A DNA stretch of 64,000 nucleotides from Paraspadella gotoi (taxonomy: Eukaryota; Animalia; Chaetognatha), in assembly GCA_051294375.1 (NCBI GenBank), contig CM119264.1, forward strand, positions 7,442,151 through 7,506,150, given 5' to 3'. The notes under the pieces were generated by a model. That model made no database searches, was not told the origin of the DNA, and worked only from the letters and a program-made list of their open reading frames with translations. A program made the translations under genes and the position numbers. Below, piece after piece: positions 1 to 13,860 of this stretch (positions within the stretch are counted from its first letter, which is position 1; each line of letters opens with the position of its first letter).

Positions 1-29
1 CGAGTGAGCAGCGGCGGGAAAGAGAGAGA

Positions 30-1788
30 TTTTCTCTCTAACCTAGGATGTTTGTGAGTATTTTTAAAAACAAATCTGAGATCTAGAGGGAAAATCATTG
101 TTTGTTTTGCGATGGCACCGACGAACTTTACCCAGGATTTGTTTTCAGGTTTGTTTTTTTTGTTCTTCGTTTTAAAACGTTGAACTTCCAACGTATTCAC
201 CTCTATTTTATTTTTAAATTTTATTGTCAAGCATCTTTATTGAAGTTGAAAATACACGTGATTTGAATGAACAAGTTTTCGCAAGTTCAAATTTTCTCTT
301 AATTTCCCATTTCATTCTTAATGACATTTAAGGTTTTATTATATTCTATTCGCTTTCTCATTTATTTTTTATCGCTTTTCTTCCATCTTTTTCATTTCTT
401 ATGTATTCTCGTTATATTTGTCCCGCCCTTTTTATCGTCTCTTTTGACCTTCAAGTCGGCAACCATCAAACAAAAACGTCTTTGGATCTCTTAATCACCG
501 CAAATGTTTTCTTTTTTATGCTGAACATCTGCTGGATCTGTATCTGTATGATCCTCCTATTTTTTGATAGTATTAATATAATAATATATTTCTACTCAGC
601 AAAAATCCCATCTGTCCATCCACAGAGACCAACAGGACCCTTGGCCTTTTGAAGAGACTCCATTCCCAATGTGGGTACAACGGCGACGCGGCCACGGACA
701 CGGACGGAGCGACGACGAGCGATCCAGTGCCTGGCGAGCCCAGTAGAAACTCACTGCGGCCGACACATGTAGGTGCGGTTAAGGAGGAAAAGGGGAGGAA
801 GGTGAGCAAGTGAAGGAGAGAAGAGAGGAGGAGGCAAGCAATGAAGCTTGCAAGTGCTCGGTTTGCGGTAAAACGTAGGCCTGGAAATGAAGGACGGGGA
901 ACGAACCTTTAACAGACATCAGGGATCAAGGGGGAACAATTTGAGGATGCGGAGCATTCAGATGGACATCGTGAATGATTACCATGATCACAAAGCATAC
1001 ATTGATACATACTTGTTGCCGGTTAACTTTATGCCGATTGCAATTGGTTGAAGCTTAACTCTCTGGAGAGCAATCAACCATTGTTTTGCATACGGTACTA
1101 AAAACTCCGTGAGAACAGCCAGTCATTGCACTGCACAGTTTAAGATGAAAAGATATCATGAACCTATATAATATAAACATTTAGAATCTCGTTTGTGCTT
1201 CTATAACAATCGAATATGAAAATTGGTGTCTAAGAAATATTATATGCAATATTTGTAAAAAAAATACTTGTCTTTACTTATTCTATTTATACTTATATTA
1301 ATTTTTTCCTTTTTACTTTATTTATATACTATATATTTTTAATTATACACTCTAGTTTTTATCCATCTTACTTATCCGTCTTCAAAACACCTTATTTAAC
1401 TAGAGTTGGTCCATCCATGCAGCTTGTGATTAACAACAGAAAGATATCTTTACATTTAAAAACAACGAAAACTAATCATAAATCTTAATTCCGAACTTCT
1501 AGCGACGCAAGGGCAATAACAGCAGAGACACTTATGGGTTGATCTACACTTTTTATCCTCTTTTTCTTCTTTTAATTTAATTTCTATTTTTCTTTTTTTC
1601 CTTCTTTTTTTCGTTTTTTCCCGTCATTTAAAAAAAAAAGAAAATTGCCGCGAGCGACACAACGCGGCGTTTTCGCCTCGCGTATTGCTTAAACGGCGCC
1701 CGACGTTCCTACTATGCAAATTCGTGTCACCACCAACGAACCAGGCAACACAGGGGAGCTCGGCCGGCGAATCCTTCTCTCTCCTTCT

Positions 1789-1822
<34 letters not shown>

Positions 1823-2097
1823 CCTCTCTCCCTCTCTCTCTCTCTCTCTCCTTGCTCTCTCTCTCTCTCTCTCCCTCTAAGAAAAGCGCGAAATTTCGAC
1901 GGTCCCTATTTATGGATCTTTCGTTTTTCAGAGGAAGCCGAGGACCTGATGCCGTGGGACAGACTCGGGGCGACGAAAGAATGGGCACTTAGTACAGATG
2001 GGATAGATTGATAAGAAACGGGATGAATGGGATGGAGCAGATGGCCGGGGATTGTTTGACCTAGTCCAGACAGATATACATGCAGCTATATCTGATC
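30..2097. repeat. Partial forward copy (about 30-620) joined to a noisy inverted copy (about 641-2097) of the same block
   Basis: 641-2097 is the reverse complement of about 6870-8180 with many extra bases, and ends at a 25-N gap. Confidence 0.85.
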
Positions 2098-3128
2098 CNN
2101 NNNNNNNNNNNNNNNNNNNNNNNGTTGTTGATCCGATTTTCATCGAGAACCCGTTTTAAGAATCGCGAGGCGAAACGCGCGTTTGNNNNNNNNNNCTGCG
2201 TACTTTTTTCCATTGCTGTTAAAGAACTATAATATGCTCTCTTTATTGTTGTTATATTTCCTTTTTTCCTTTTGATTTTCACAGAAAAAAAAAGAATTGA
2301 TCTTCGAATCTCTTCGCAATTTTTTTGTCAATAAAAATCTTGGCGAGGACGAGACGTCTGGAAAGCAATAAATCAAATCCACGAGAAAAATAAAGTTAAG
2401 TGAAAAGAAAGAAAAAAGAAATTGAAAAGGAAAAAAAGTAAAAAAAGATAAAAACAGAAAATTGGAAAAAAAAGTTGGAAAAAAAAGGACGAAAGCAAAA
2501 TTGAAAATAAAAAAGAAAGGAAGGAGCAAAAATAAAGCTAGAGACAGAAAAGAGCAAGAAAAAAAAAAGGAAGTAAAAAGAGTCGGGAGACTGCGTCCCT
2601 CGCGCCCGAGAGGCTTAACCCCTAAGGAACTTGCTATGATTCGCCATCCATAAGGCAATCAAAGATTCACCCGTGAGTCTCACAAAAGTCCTCCTTTGCT
2701 TTCAAGGATCCCTCACCCTTTCACTAACATCACCCTTTAGATGTAGCTATATCTAAAACTTTGCCCTATTTTCTCAAGGCTGCAGACGTTTATAATTCTT
2801 TCTTGTGTCTTTTTTCGGTTTTAAAAATCGAGTCAATTCGACTAAGGTTTCGTATATAAATTAATTAATGTGCTGATTTAAGTATATTTTCCATATTCTT
2901 TCTAATTCATTTCTATTTATCATCTTATGCAATTCCTCATATTTGTAATCATGCCTCCCCAAAGTCACCATGTTATATTAAATACTCTTTTTTATTGGCT
3001 ACATGTTGTTTCTCACCCAAGGTTTTCTTTTTTATTCTTTTTTTTTTCCTTTTTCTTTCTTTTCTTCTTTTTCACGTCTCACGTTCCTTGAACCCCTGCG
3101 CGTTTTCTGCTAAAAATTCCCATCGGAG

Positions 3129-3171
<43 letters not shown>

Positions 3172-3429
3172 TTTTTCTCTCTCACAGGATGTTTGTGAGT
3201 ATTTTTAAAAAAAATCTGAGATTTAGAGCGAAAATCATTATTTTGTTTTGCGATGGCACCGACAACTCACCCAGGATTTGTTTCCAGGTTTTTTTTTTGT
3301 TCTTCATTTTAAAACGTTTAACGCCAACGTATTCTTTAATATTTGATTTTTAATTTTATGTCAAATTCTTTCCTTGAAGTTGAAAATAACGTGATTTGAA
3401 CATGAACAAGTTTTCGCAAGTTAAATTTC

Positions 3430-3963
3430 TGTTGAGAGATGCCGTTACTCATCTGTTTTTTTACTCATACAATGATTCCGTTTTCTATCATTTTTGTCTA
3501 CTCAAGCCTAATCTGTGTGCTACTTTCTATGCTCTTTACCTTCATCAACGTTTCACAGAGAGACAATCCACTGAGAGACTTCAGCCCGTCCCAAAAGGCC
3601 TTTTTACGGGGATATTGAAGACATGTTGTCATCAGTCCACATCTTGTCACCAACTGTAGCAGATCATGACGTCCTTGTCACGTGGAACAATAGACTTGTG
3701 GAGTCCCACAACTTCGATACCACAGGCATCTTCGGATGGACTTGTGGACAACTGAACCGGAGCGGTGACAAAGGAGCTGACACCCTCGCCGACATAAGGG
3801 TCTCGCTCAGCTCGCGACGGCGACCACCAAAGGGCGCTGGAATGCGGGCGCGCCCACTTCCGGCGACGAGGGGAAGTTTGACGGCAGTCTCCCCAGTAAT
3901 GGCGCGACGGTCATAGGACGGAGATCGCCCTGGCGAGGGCAGGCTGACTATAGTTCCTCGACA
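3430..3963. mobile_element. Solo LTR (534 bp)
   Basis: Starts TGTTGAG and ends CTCGACA (TG...CA, 6/7 inverted match). Flanked by atttc and ttttc, consistent with a 5-bp target duplication with one noisy base. Absent from the homologous sites at about 292, 6612 and 16672, which read aaattttc(c)tctt. Confidence 0.8.
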
Positions 3964-5202
3964 TTTTCTCTCATTAATTTCCTCATTTCATTTCTTAATG
4001 ACATTATAAGGGTTTATTATCATTAAGTTATATTCGCTTTCTCATTTATTTTTTATCGCTTTTCTTCCATCTTTTTCGAATTTCGTTATGTATTCTCGTT
4101 ATATTTGTTGCCCGCCCTTTCTTATCGTCCCTCTTTTGAACCTTACATAGTCGGTGCAACCATATCAAACAAAACGTCTTTGGATCTCTTAATCACCGCA
4201 AATGCCTTTTTTTTTTTATTCTGACCACAGTCTGCTGGATCATTTTTTCTGCAGTGCTCATCTAAGATGATCCTCCTATTTTTGATAAGTATTAATTATA
4301 ATATATCCTTCACTCAGCAATAACGATCCCAATCTTATCCATCCATTCGTCCCCATTTCTTTCATCTATCCCATCTGTACCACTTCAGTCCCGATCTATT
4401 CGTCCGCCCGCATCTGTCCCATCACCGCTCCCTGAAAAACGAGATCCATAAAAGGACTCGAAATTTCGCGCTCTTACTTTAGAGAGGCAAGAGAGAGCGA
4501 CGAGGAGGATAGAAAGAGAGAGAGATGAAGAGAGCCAGACGAGCAGAGACCAAGACAGAGGAAGAGATACAGAGAAGTCAAAGTAACAGGTACAGGGTGC
4601 GTGTTGATCCGATTTTCATCGTGAGAACCCCGTTTTTAAGCAAATCGCGGAGGGCGAAACGCGCGTTTGTACGCTCGCGCAATTTTCTTTTTTTTAAATG
4701 ACGGAAAAAAGAAAAAAAAAGAGAAAAAAAAGAAAAATAGAAATTGAATTAAAAAGAAGAAAAAGATAAAAATGTAATCAACTCATAATGTCTCTCTGTT
4801 ATCCCTTGCGTCGCTAAAGCTTCTGAAATTAATTTAATTAGTTTTCTTGTTTTTAAATAAAAATCTTTCTGAGTTAAATCAAAGCTCATGTATGACAACT
4901 CTAGTCAAATAGTTTTGAAGACGATGAAAGATGATAAAAACTAATTATAATTTAAAAAAATATATATATAAATATAAAAGAAAAAATTAATATATATAAA
5001 TAAATAGTAAAACAAGTATTTTTTTTAATATTCATATATATTTCTTGGACCAATTTCATATTCATTGTATAGAAGCATCCAACTAGATTCTAATGTTTAT
5101 ATTATATATTCAATGACTCTTCTTTTTAATACAGTATGCAACAATTTATTCTCTCCCAGAGAGTAAATTTCATAATTGAAATTCTAAAAGTTACCAACAA
5201 GT

Positions 5203-5266
5203 ATGTATCATGTATCATGTATCATGTATCATGTATCATGTATCATGTATCATGTATCATGTATCA
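5203..5266. repeat. (TATCATG)n 7-mer tandem array; copies at about 7827-7885 and 17893-17954
   Basis: Directly visible tandem units. Confidence 0.9.
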
Positions 5267-8076
5267 TTTAACATGTCATCTTAATCTCCGCATCCTAATT
5301 GTCCCCTTATCCCTGATGTCTCTTTAAAAGGTTCGTTCCTCCNNNNNNNNNNNNNNNNNNNNNNNNNNNNNNNNNNNNNNNNNNNNNNNNNNNNNNNNNN
5401 NNNNNNNNNNNNNNNNNNNNNNNNNNNNNNNNNNNNNNNNNNNNNNNNNNNNNNNNNNNNNNNNNNNNNNNNNNNNNNNNNNNNNNNNNNNNNNNNNNNN
5501 NNNNNNNNNNNNNNNNNNNNNNNNNNNNNNNNNNNNNNNNNNNNNNNNNNNNNNNNNNNNNNNNNNNNNNNNNNNNNNNNNNNNNNNNNNNNNNNNNNNN
5601 NNNNNNNNNNNNNNNNNNNNNNNNNNNNNNNNNNNNNNNNNNNNNNNNNNNNNNNNNNNNNNNNNNNNNNNNNNNNNNNNNNNNNNNNNTGATAGTCTCT
5701 TCAAAGCCAAGGTCCTTCTCTTTCCTCCTTCTCTTCCTCCTCCTCTTCCTCACAGTCTTCCTCTTAAAACTCTTTAAAATCTATTCTTTCTTTCCTCCTC
5801 TTCCTTCGCCCTCTCTTTCCAGTAACCCTGACCCAAATCTCCGTTGTCCCCACGGTCTCTTNNNNNNNNNNNNNNNNNNNNNNNNNNNNNNNNNNNNNNN
5901 NNNNNNNNNNNNNNNNNNNNNNNNNNNNNNNNNNNNNNNNNNNNNNNNNNNNNNNNNNNNNTGCGGATTTAAGTGTATATTTCCATATATTCTTTCTACA
6001 TATCATTTCTATTTTTTAATATATCATCTATGCAACTCCTCAATATTTGTAATCATGCCATCCCCAAGTCACCATGTTTATATATTAAAATACTCATTGT
6101 TTTATCGCTACATGTTGTTCTCATCACCAAGGTTTTCTTTCTTATTCTTTTTTTTTTCCTTTTCTTCTTTCTTCTTTTTCACGTCTCACGTTCCTTGAAC
6201 CCCTGCCGTTTTCTGCTAAAAATTCCCATCGGAGAATCTCTCCTCTCGTCATCTCTCTCTCTCCTCTCTCTCTCTCCTCGTCATCTCTCTCTCATCTCTC
6301 GTCGTCTCTCTCCTCTGTTCGTCTTTGTTTCCATCTCCCTAGGATCGTTTGTGAGTATTTTAAAAAACAATCCTGAGATCTAGAAGAGGAAATCACTGTT
6401 TGTTTTGCCATGGCAACCGACGGGAAACTTTACCCGGATTTGTTTTCACTGTTAGTTGTTTTTTTTTGTTTCTTGCGTTTAAAAACGTTGAACTCTCCAT
6501 ACGTATTCACCTCCTATTATTATTTTTAAATTTTACTTGTCAAGGCATCTTTTATTGAAGTTGAAAATACACGTGATTTGAAATGACAGGGTTTATCGCA
6601 AGTGTCAAATTTTCCTCTTAAATTTCCCATTTCATTCTTAATGACATTTTACGGTTTTAATTATATTCTATATGCTTTCCTCAATTTATTTTTTAATCGC
6701 CTTTATCTTCCATCTTTTTCAATTTTTATGTATTCTCGTTAATTTCAGTCCCGCCTTTTTAAGTCGTCTCTATCTGACTTCAAGTCGGCAACCATCAAAC
6801 AAAAACGTCTTTGGAGTCTCTTAATCAACCAGCAAATTGTCTTTCTTTTTATGTCTGCTGACATCTGCTGGATCTGTTACTGTATGATCCATACCTATTT
6901 TTTTGAAGTATTAATATAATGTAATATATTTCTACTCAGACAAATCCCGATCTGTCCATCCCATTCGTCCCATCTTCTTTCATATCCCATCTGTACTAGT
7001 CGCCATCTTCGGTCGCCCTCATCTTGCCCCATCCCCTCCTGAAAAACGAGATCCATAGGACCTCGTATAATTTCGCGGCCTACTTAGTAGCGAGAAAGAG
7101 AAGAGAGAGAAGATGAGAGGAAGAGGATGAGAGAGAAAGGAGAAGAGATGAGAGAGAGAGAGGCGAGAAGAGAGAGAGAGATTCGTCGCGGGCTCCTGTT
7201 TCCGGTCGTGGTGATCCGATTTTTCATCTGATTAGAACCCGATTTTTAAAATTAGATATCGCTGAGACGAAACGCGCCGTTTTGTCGCTCGCGCAATTTT
7301 CTTTTTTTAAATGACGGAAAAAGAAAAAAAAAGAGAAAAAAAAAAGAAAATTAGAAATTGAATTAAAAAGAAGAAAAGATAAAATATATTCTAATCGCTC
7401 ATAATTGTCTCTCTGTTTATCTTGCGTTCGCTAAAGCTCTGAAAATTAATTTAATTAGTTTTCTTGTTTTTAAATAAAAATCTTTCTGAGTTAAATCAAA
7501 GCTCATGTATGACAACTCTACGTTAAATAGTTTTTGAAGACGATGAAAGATGAATAAAACTAATTATAATTAAAAAAATATATATTATAAATATAAAAGA
7601 AAAAATTAATATATAAAATAATAGTAAAAAAGTAATTTTTTTAATCATTCATATATATTTCTCTTGGGACCAATGTTCATATTCATTGTATAGAAGCATC
7701 CAAACTAGATTCTAATGTTTATATTATTATATTCAGTGACTCTTTCTTTTAATACAGTATGCAACAATTTATTCTCTCCCAAGAAGTAAATTTCATAATT
7801 GTAAATTCTAAAAGTTACCAAACAAGTATCAGTATCATGTATAGTATCATGTATCATGTATCATGTATCATGTATCATGTATCATTACATACATGTCATC
7901 TTAATCTCCGCATCCTAAATGTTCCCTATTATCCCTGATGTTCTTTAAAAGGTTCGTTCCTCCCTTCATTTCCACCAGCTAAACGTTTACCAGCGGGCAA
8001 CGATCCTTCAAGCTTCATTGCTTCCCTCTCCTCTCTTCTCTCCCTTCACTTCTCACCTTCCTCCCCTTTTTCTTAC

Positions 8077-10508
8077 CCTAGATGTTCCCCGCAGTGATTT
8101 CCTACTCTCGCAGCATCCCGTCCGTCGCTCCGTCCGTCCGTCCGTCCGTTTGTACCAATGATAGTCTCTTCAAAGCCAAGGTCCCTTCTCTTCCTCTTCT
8201 CTTCCTCCTCCTCTTCTCACCAGTCTTCTCTAAAACTCTTAAAATCTATTCTTTCTTCCTCCTCTTCCTTCGCCCTCTCTTTCCAGTAACCCTGACCCAA
8301 ATCTCCGTTGTTCCCCACGGTCTCTTCAAAAGCCATCTCTCCCCAACGCCCCACACTCCACAACGACCCACTCCGGCCGACACCCAAACTCTACCGTCAC
8401 GCGAAGCTCTTACTGTGCTCTTACCGCCCGACGAGTCTTCGAGTCTTTATTTTTTTTGGTTCTTTTTCTTTTTCTTCGTTGAAACGTGAGAAAGTTTGTT
8501 ACGATCGCCGCCGACAGAAAAAAATCCGGTCTTCAACAATTCAGACAAAAGACGAACGGGACTTTTCGCTTCCATTTCAGGGACGTAAATTATCACTCCC
8601 GTACTTTGTTCCTTGTGGTTTTAAAATTTTTTTAATTGGAAGAAAGTCGAGTCTCGAATTAATTTTTTGGTCGCTCTTTCAACCCCACTTCGACAATATC
8701 TACGGTTCTTCCGTTACCTAATTCTTCGCCATTCATTCTTTCTCCTCGCCCTTTTTTTTTTGGCGCTCATAAAAAAAAGGTTTTTTTTTGGCCTGACGAT
8801 CACTTCAAATATGACGACGATATAAATAACGACGACGACGATTTTGATCCCGATTTTGATCCGACGTCAAGAGAAATCTTCTGGCAAAAATTCAATAATG
8901 ATCGAAGGGAAATTGCTGAATGAAACACAACTAAAACACGACACAGTGTCGCTGACAATAGGTTGAAGACAAGGACAGCGTAAATTTCTAACTCGACGCG
9001 AGGACACTTTTCGAAATCAAAATGCTAATGTGAGACTCGGCCTGAGAAACATAGAGAGTCCCGACAAAGGGACGACTGGGGGCGTGACTTTTCTCGGCGA
9101 GGGTCGCGAGGAGCTTGTCCCCGCGGGTCGCGGACGGAGGGATCGAGGTCGGCAGGTCGAGGTTCGCAGGCATGGTCGAGTTTCGGCAGGGTCGAGGGTC
9201 GGTCGATCGCCACGCACATCGTCGAAGAGCGTCGCCCGCAAATCAAATGGAGACTAAGGCGTAGTAAAAATTTCTAAATTTAACTTTAATTAAAATTCAA
9301 AAGTGAGGAAACGAACAATATTATATTAATGAACATTTATGTAATAAAAAATTTATAATAAATTTTACAATTTACGCAGTAGGCCATATTTATACTAGTA
9401 CTAAATCAATAAATGTTTAAAATTTCAAAACAGTTTTTTGTAAGATTTTTTTGCAGATTTGGATTCGTCATAAAAGTTGATAAAAAGAAATATAACTCTT
9501 TTTAAAAAATTCCTTCATTAAGTGGGTAAAAAATTAGAAAAAGCTATATTTTAAGCTGAAAATTAACTTTTTATATATTAAATATAGTTTTTTTTAATTT
9601 TTAACCACTTAATGAAAGAATTTTTAAAAATGATTTATATTTTTTTTTAACAACTTTTGACGAGGAATTCAAATCTGCAATCAAAATTAAGATAAGCTTA
9701 TTTTGAAATTTTTCGATTTTATAAGGATAGTACTATGATATAATATAGCCTACTGCGAAAATTAAAAAACATAAAATAATTTTTTTACAAATATATGTTC
9801 ACTGATGGTATGTTGTTCATAATTGACTTAGAATTTTCGTATGTAACTTTCACTACGCCTTAATGGAGACCCCGACTGGCGACGACGTCGTCAGTCATTC
9901 ATAATCGCCGCAGATCCCATCTCTTCTCTCCGAATCCCCGCGAGAGGGCGATCATAAAATGCGTTGGGAGATGAAGAGATGGGGGAGAGATGGGGAAGAG
10001 ATGGGGGAAGAGATGGTGAGGGCACAGTGAAGAAATGAGGAGAGAATGGGGAAGATGTGGGAAGGGAAAGAGAAGTTAGGAAGGAAGAAGAGTGAAATTC
10101 ACGGGAATGAGGGGAAGGAAGAACTGCCATGGGTTTATAATAGACTAACAGTGAATTGAAGAAGTTTAAAAAAACAAAAGGCAGATTTGAAAAATTAAAC
10201 CGACCGACTGGAAAGGGATCAGAGTGAATGGGGCAGGGAAGAGCAGAGCGTCGGGTTTGGCCCCAATCGAATCCAAGGCCAATAAACGAATTGAGGCCAT
10301 CTGAGCAATTGCGGTCGTATGTTTCATTGCAACCTTTGATGGGATTTGCGCGGGCAATTGTTTCTGGCGTTTGTGACGCTGGATCCGTGATAGCGTCGGC
10401 AATTGCGAGATTTATCCAGTTTGCGATAAGCAAAGGGATAATTACTAAGATTTGGGAGGCGAAATGGAGATGGTAACTTCTTTTAATATAGTTAATAGCT
10501 GCATGCAT
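8077..10508 (-). CDS. Putative coding region of an unknown membrane or secreted protein, interrupted by a MITE and by indels (copy at about 18140-20611)
   Basis: 205-aa ORF 9891-10508 has a hydrophobic start (ILVIIPLLIANWINLAIA), cysteines and N-glycosylation sequons (NET, NCS, NFS). Downstream, protein-like stretches can be read across indels (MEAKSPVRLLSELLKTGFF; AFEETVGNNGDLGQGYWKERAKEEEE), ending at a gtaag donor near 8076. The frame cannot be fixed from these noisy copies. Confidence 0.35.
9255..9862. mobile_element. MITE / non-autonomous TIR transposon with 8-bp TSD (hAT-like)
   Basis: Ends are TAAGGCGTAGT...ACTACGCCTTA. Perfect ATGGAGAC duplication at 9247-9254 and 9863-9870. Imperfect inverted similarity continues inward (cgcagtaggc / gcctactgcg, tagtacta). 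Very AT-rich inside GC-rich flanks. Confidence 0.85.
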
Positions 10509-10785
10509 GCATAAAGTGAAGTTTAATAAAGTTTAAAAATTATAGTCATCGTTTTGTAAACATTAATGATTTAAAAATAATTTAAAAATAAACTGATAAT
10601 ACGTCAACATTTCGATCATTTCAATGGGGTTGACAGTTATATTTGCCGACTGCCATGGCAATAGTTATCGCGAAATTATTTCGTTCGAGATCGAAATGGT
10701 AATAGAGAAATGATGGCGTCCCCGATGGCAATTGCTATGGCGGGTTTAGTAGAAGACGACGACTCGGATGGAGAAAAATTGAGGG

Positions 10786-10818
<33 letters not shown>

Positions 10819-13021
10819 AGAGACGACGACGACATGATTGAAGGAAGGACGGAATGGAAGCGACCGAAGGAAATCAATCGAGGCCGAAGGACGCTTTGTA
10901 TTTTTTTTTCTCATATGTTTTTGTCAGCCATGCGTCGATCGCGTCATCATCGTCATCATCGTCATCTTAAATACAGTTCTGATTTTTTAAAAAATGAGAT
11001 AGTTCTGATGACTCTTTTTCCGTGCCGAATCCATAATTCCACGGCCCTTTATTATAATGTTGTCGCCTTAATTCCAGTTTGTTAAACGTTTCTTCCGCTT
11101 TTAAATTTTCTTATTAATCGAGCTAGGTCATGCCTTCAATCTCCCAATCCAGCAGTAAACAGAGAGGTCGCAGTCATACCGGCGTGCCGGCGCTCTCCTC
11201 TCTCTCGTGTCTTCTCACGTCTCACGAAGCTCTTGACGTGCGCTCACCTCATCAGTCCTGTTAACGGCGAAATCTCGCTAATCTATCTCTATCCGGATCG
11301 TCATCAGCCGTCTCGTCTCTCCGCCATGTCTTCTCCGTCTCCCTCTCTCATCCTCTTCACTGGCTACTCCGCCTTTGATAAATTGAAGAATTTCTCTCAA
11401 ATTTATTCCCTCCCTTTCTCTGTTGCAGTGATCATATTTAAAAGAGAGAGGAAAAGACACGCAAAATTTTTTTTTATTCCGAAATATTTAATTTTGAAAA
11501 ATCTTGAACTTAAAACAAATCTAAAAATTTTTTGAACATCTGCTGATCTGCAAAGTCAAGACGCAAAATCAACTTTCCCTGCCATTCACGAACATTAAAA
11601 GTTAACAACATCTCGAGAACCGACCTCTAAAGGCCGAAGGATTTTTTAAAACGAAAAATAGAATTCATTGAAAAGAAACAAATATAAAAGTAAAGGGAAA
11701 GAAGTAGAGTGGGGAAAAGACAAAAGAGTAGTGACAATTAATCTCAGTCGGAGGCAAAACAACTGGAGGTTTCCGACAGAAATAGCATAAAAGGAGGCGT
11801 GAGGAAGATTAATCTCATATGTCAGGAAGTGTAGGCTTTCACTTTTATGCCGGCAAGAGCAGAGAACTCTGGGAGAAGACGATTGCTGATCGTGAAAAAA
11901 GGAAAGTGCTGCAATGAATCTTGTTAAACATATTGGTGTTGGAGTAGTGTTACTTTTACAGAGAATCTGAATGAAATTAAATAATAATACAATTAAATAT
12001 GAATAAGATTATTCTTTATCTCTCAGTGCCAAGATAATAAACGGAATTATCGTAGAGCCCTGCATGCCTCTGTTAAGTCACAGACTTGGTCACCAGTCTA
12101 TAGTCATTTTCTTCATGGCTCTAGGTCTGAAGATGAACCACCCAGAGCACCATCCTCCCCTGCTGGCCTGTTCAATACATTTTTAATGTATACCTAGGTT
12201 ATTCGAAATTTTTACTGAAAGGACCAGTCGGTCCTCATCGTCATAGAAGCTACGAGAAATGCCGCGCCAAGAGTCCGGACTTTTAGCGCAAAGTCCAGAA
12301 ACAAAAAAAAAGAAAAACCAATAAGAAGTGGCAAAGAAAAGCGGTGGAACTCGAGAGCATCGAAACGACAAACGCCCACTCGAGGGACGTCGGATAATAC
12401 TACTGTATATATAGTATATTCGAACAGCGCGGTTTATCGTGATTTGAAAGACCACACATTTTCACTCATGAAAAGTGACCAACCGGAGTGACCCGTCGCG
12501 CAAAATGAAAAAGAAAGAAAAAGGAAGACACATTTAAACCTTCCGCCGCATAGCACACGGTAGAGGTTAAAAAGAGAATAAGCAGAACTGTAGGCGAAAG
12601 ACATACATATGATACAGACAAGCAAAAAAAAAAGGCTGAGATGGCACAGAAGGCTCCGAATGGCAAAATAGCGGACACCCGAACCAGTGGGTGCGCCGAC
12701 AGCAGTCGTGCCTTATTTTTTTTCGAGGGACTTAATGACTTTGTTTTTGTTTTTAATACGGAGGTCAAAGTCTTTCTCTGATGGGATCCCTTCAGGGCTC
12801 ACGACATCGAATGTCGGACACGCGGTCGCAGGGAGAGCATGGCTCCTCTCATCTTTGCCCTAATCAGCAGTTGTCTCTACGCTCAGCTGGCGCGAAATAT
12901 GATTGGATTGTAATGTATTGAAATACTTTTAAACTGTAAAGTATATGGGTCGCGTGTCTTTAGTGGAGATTCATGTACAATAAGAAAAACAAATAGACGG
13001 AAGCAACGGGGCAGAGAAGAA

Positions 13022-13052
<31 letters not shown>

Positions 13053-13552
13053 GAAGGAGAGAACGATGGATGAGAGCAGACGACGAGAGAGAAGAGTTTC
13101 GTCAGGAGAGAGAGAGAGAAGAGACAGTACGAGAGGAGAGAATCAAAGAAAAGGAAAGAGAAGAAAGAAAAGAAAGAAAGAAAAGAAAGAAAGAAAGATA
13201 AGAGAAGAAGAATGATAGAGAGAGAGAGAGAAGAGAGAGGAGAGAAGAGTAGAGGTGAGGGCTGCTAAGTGAAGGCGTCAACCTTGGTATCCCACGAAAT
13301 TCAGCGTGAGGTAGCAACAGATCGAGATGAAAGAGTGACGGAAAGGCCGGGGACGCGGAAATGGAAGCGAAGGGAGGGAGCAGGATGCTGCACGGATCTG
13401 ACGGCGCACGGTCCGGATAGTATCTCAAGACACTGAAACTCCGCGAGGTGACGGACCCAAGGTGACGATGGAGTTGATTGGGCGAACGAGATGGAAAGAG
13501 ACAAGAACTAAATCAAACTTTGGAGGCACATTCAGGATTAAAAAAAGTACAC

Positions 13553-13860
13553 TAAATGAAATTTATATTAAAGATGAATAAGATGAGAGGACTATGGAAT
13601 GAATTGAATGAATGAAGATGAAGCCGAATGAAGGAATGGAAATGAATGAATAACTGAATGACATGAAATGAAATGAGTAAGACTGAATGAATGAAGTATG
13701 AAGGAATAGGCGTGCACGGAGTCTGAACATGTAAGCTGAATAAATAGAATGAAGATGATGAGCACCTCGAGGTAGCTGAATTTACGTTGAGAAACTGAGA
13801 TGAAATAAACGCTGGAATGAACGATGAATGAATGAATGACGATGAAATCGAATGAATGTG
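13553..13860 (+). repeat. Degenerate (GAAT)n-rich tract
   Basis: Repeated aatgaatgaa-like units following a GC-richer segment at 13250-13540. Confidence 0.7.

Noticed and set aside
5203-5266. Tandem arrays as a possible CRISPR or telomeric repeat
   Set aside because: No unique spacers and no cas genes; this is a short internal 7-mer array only.
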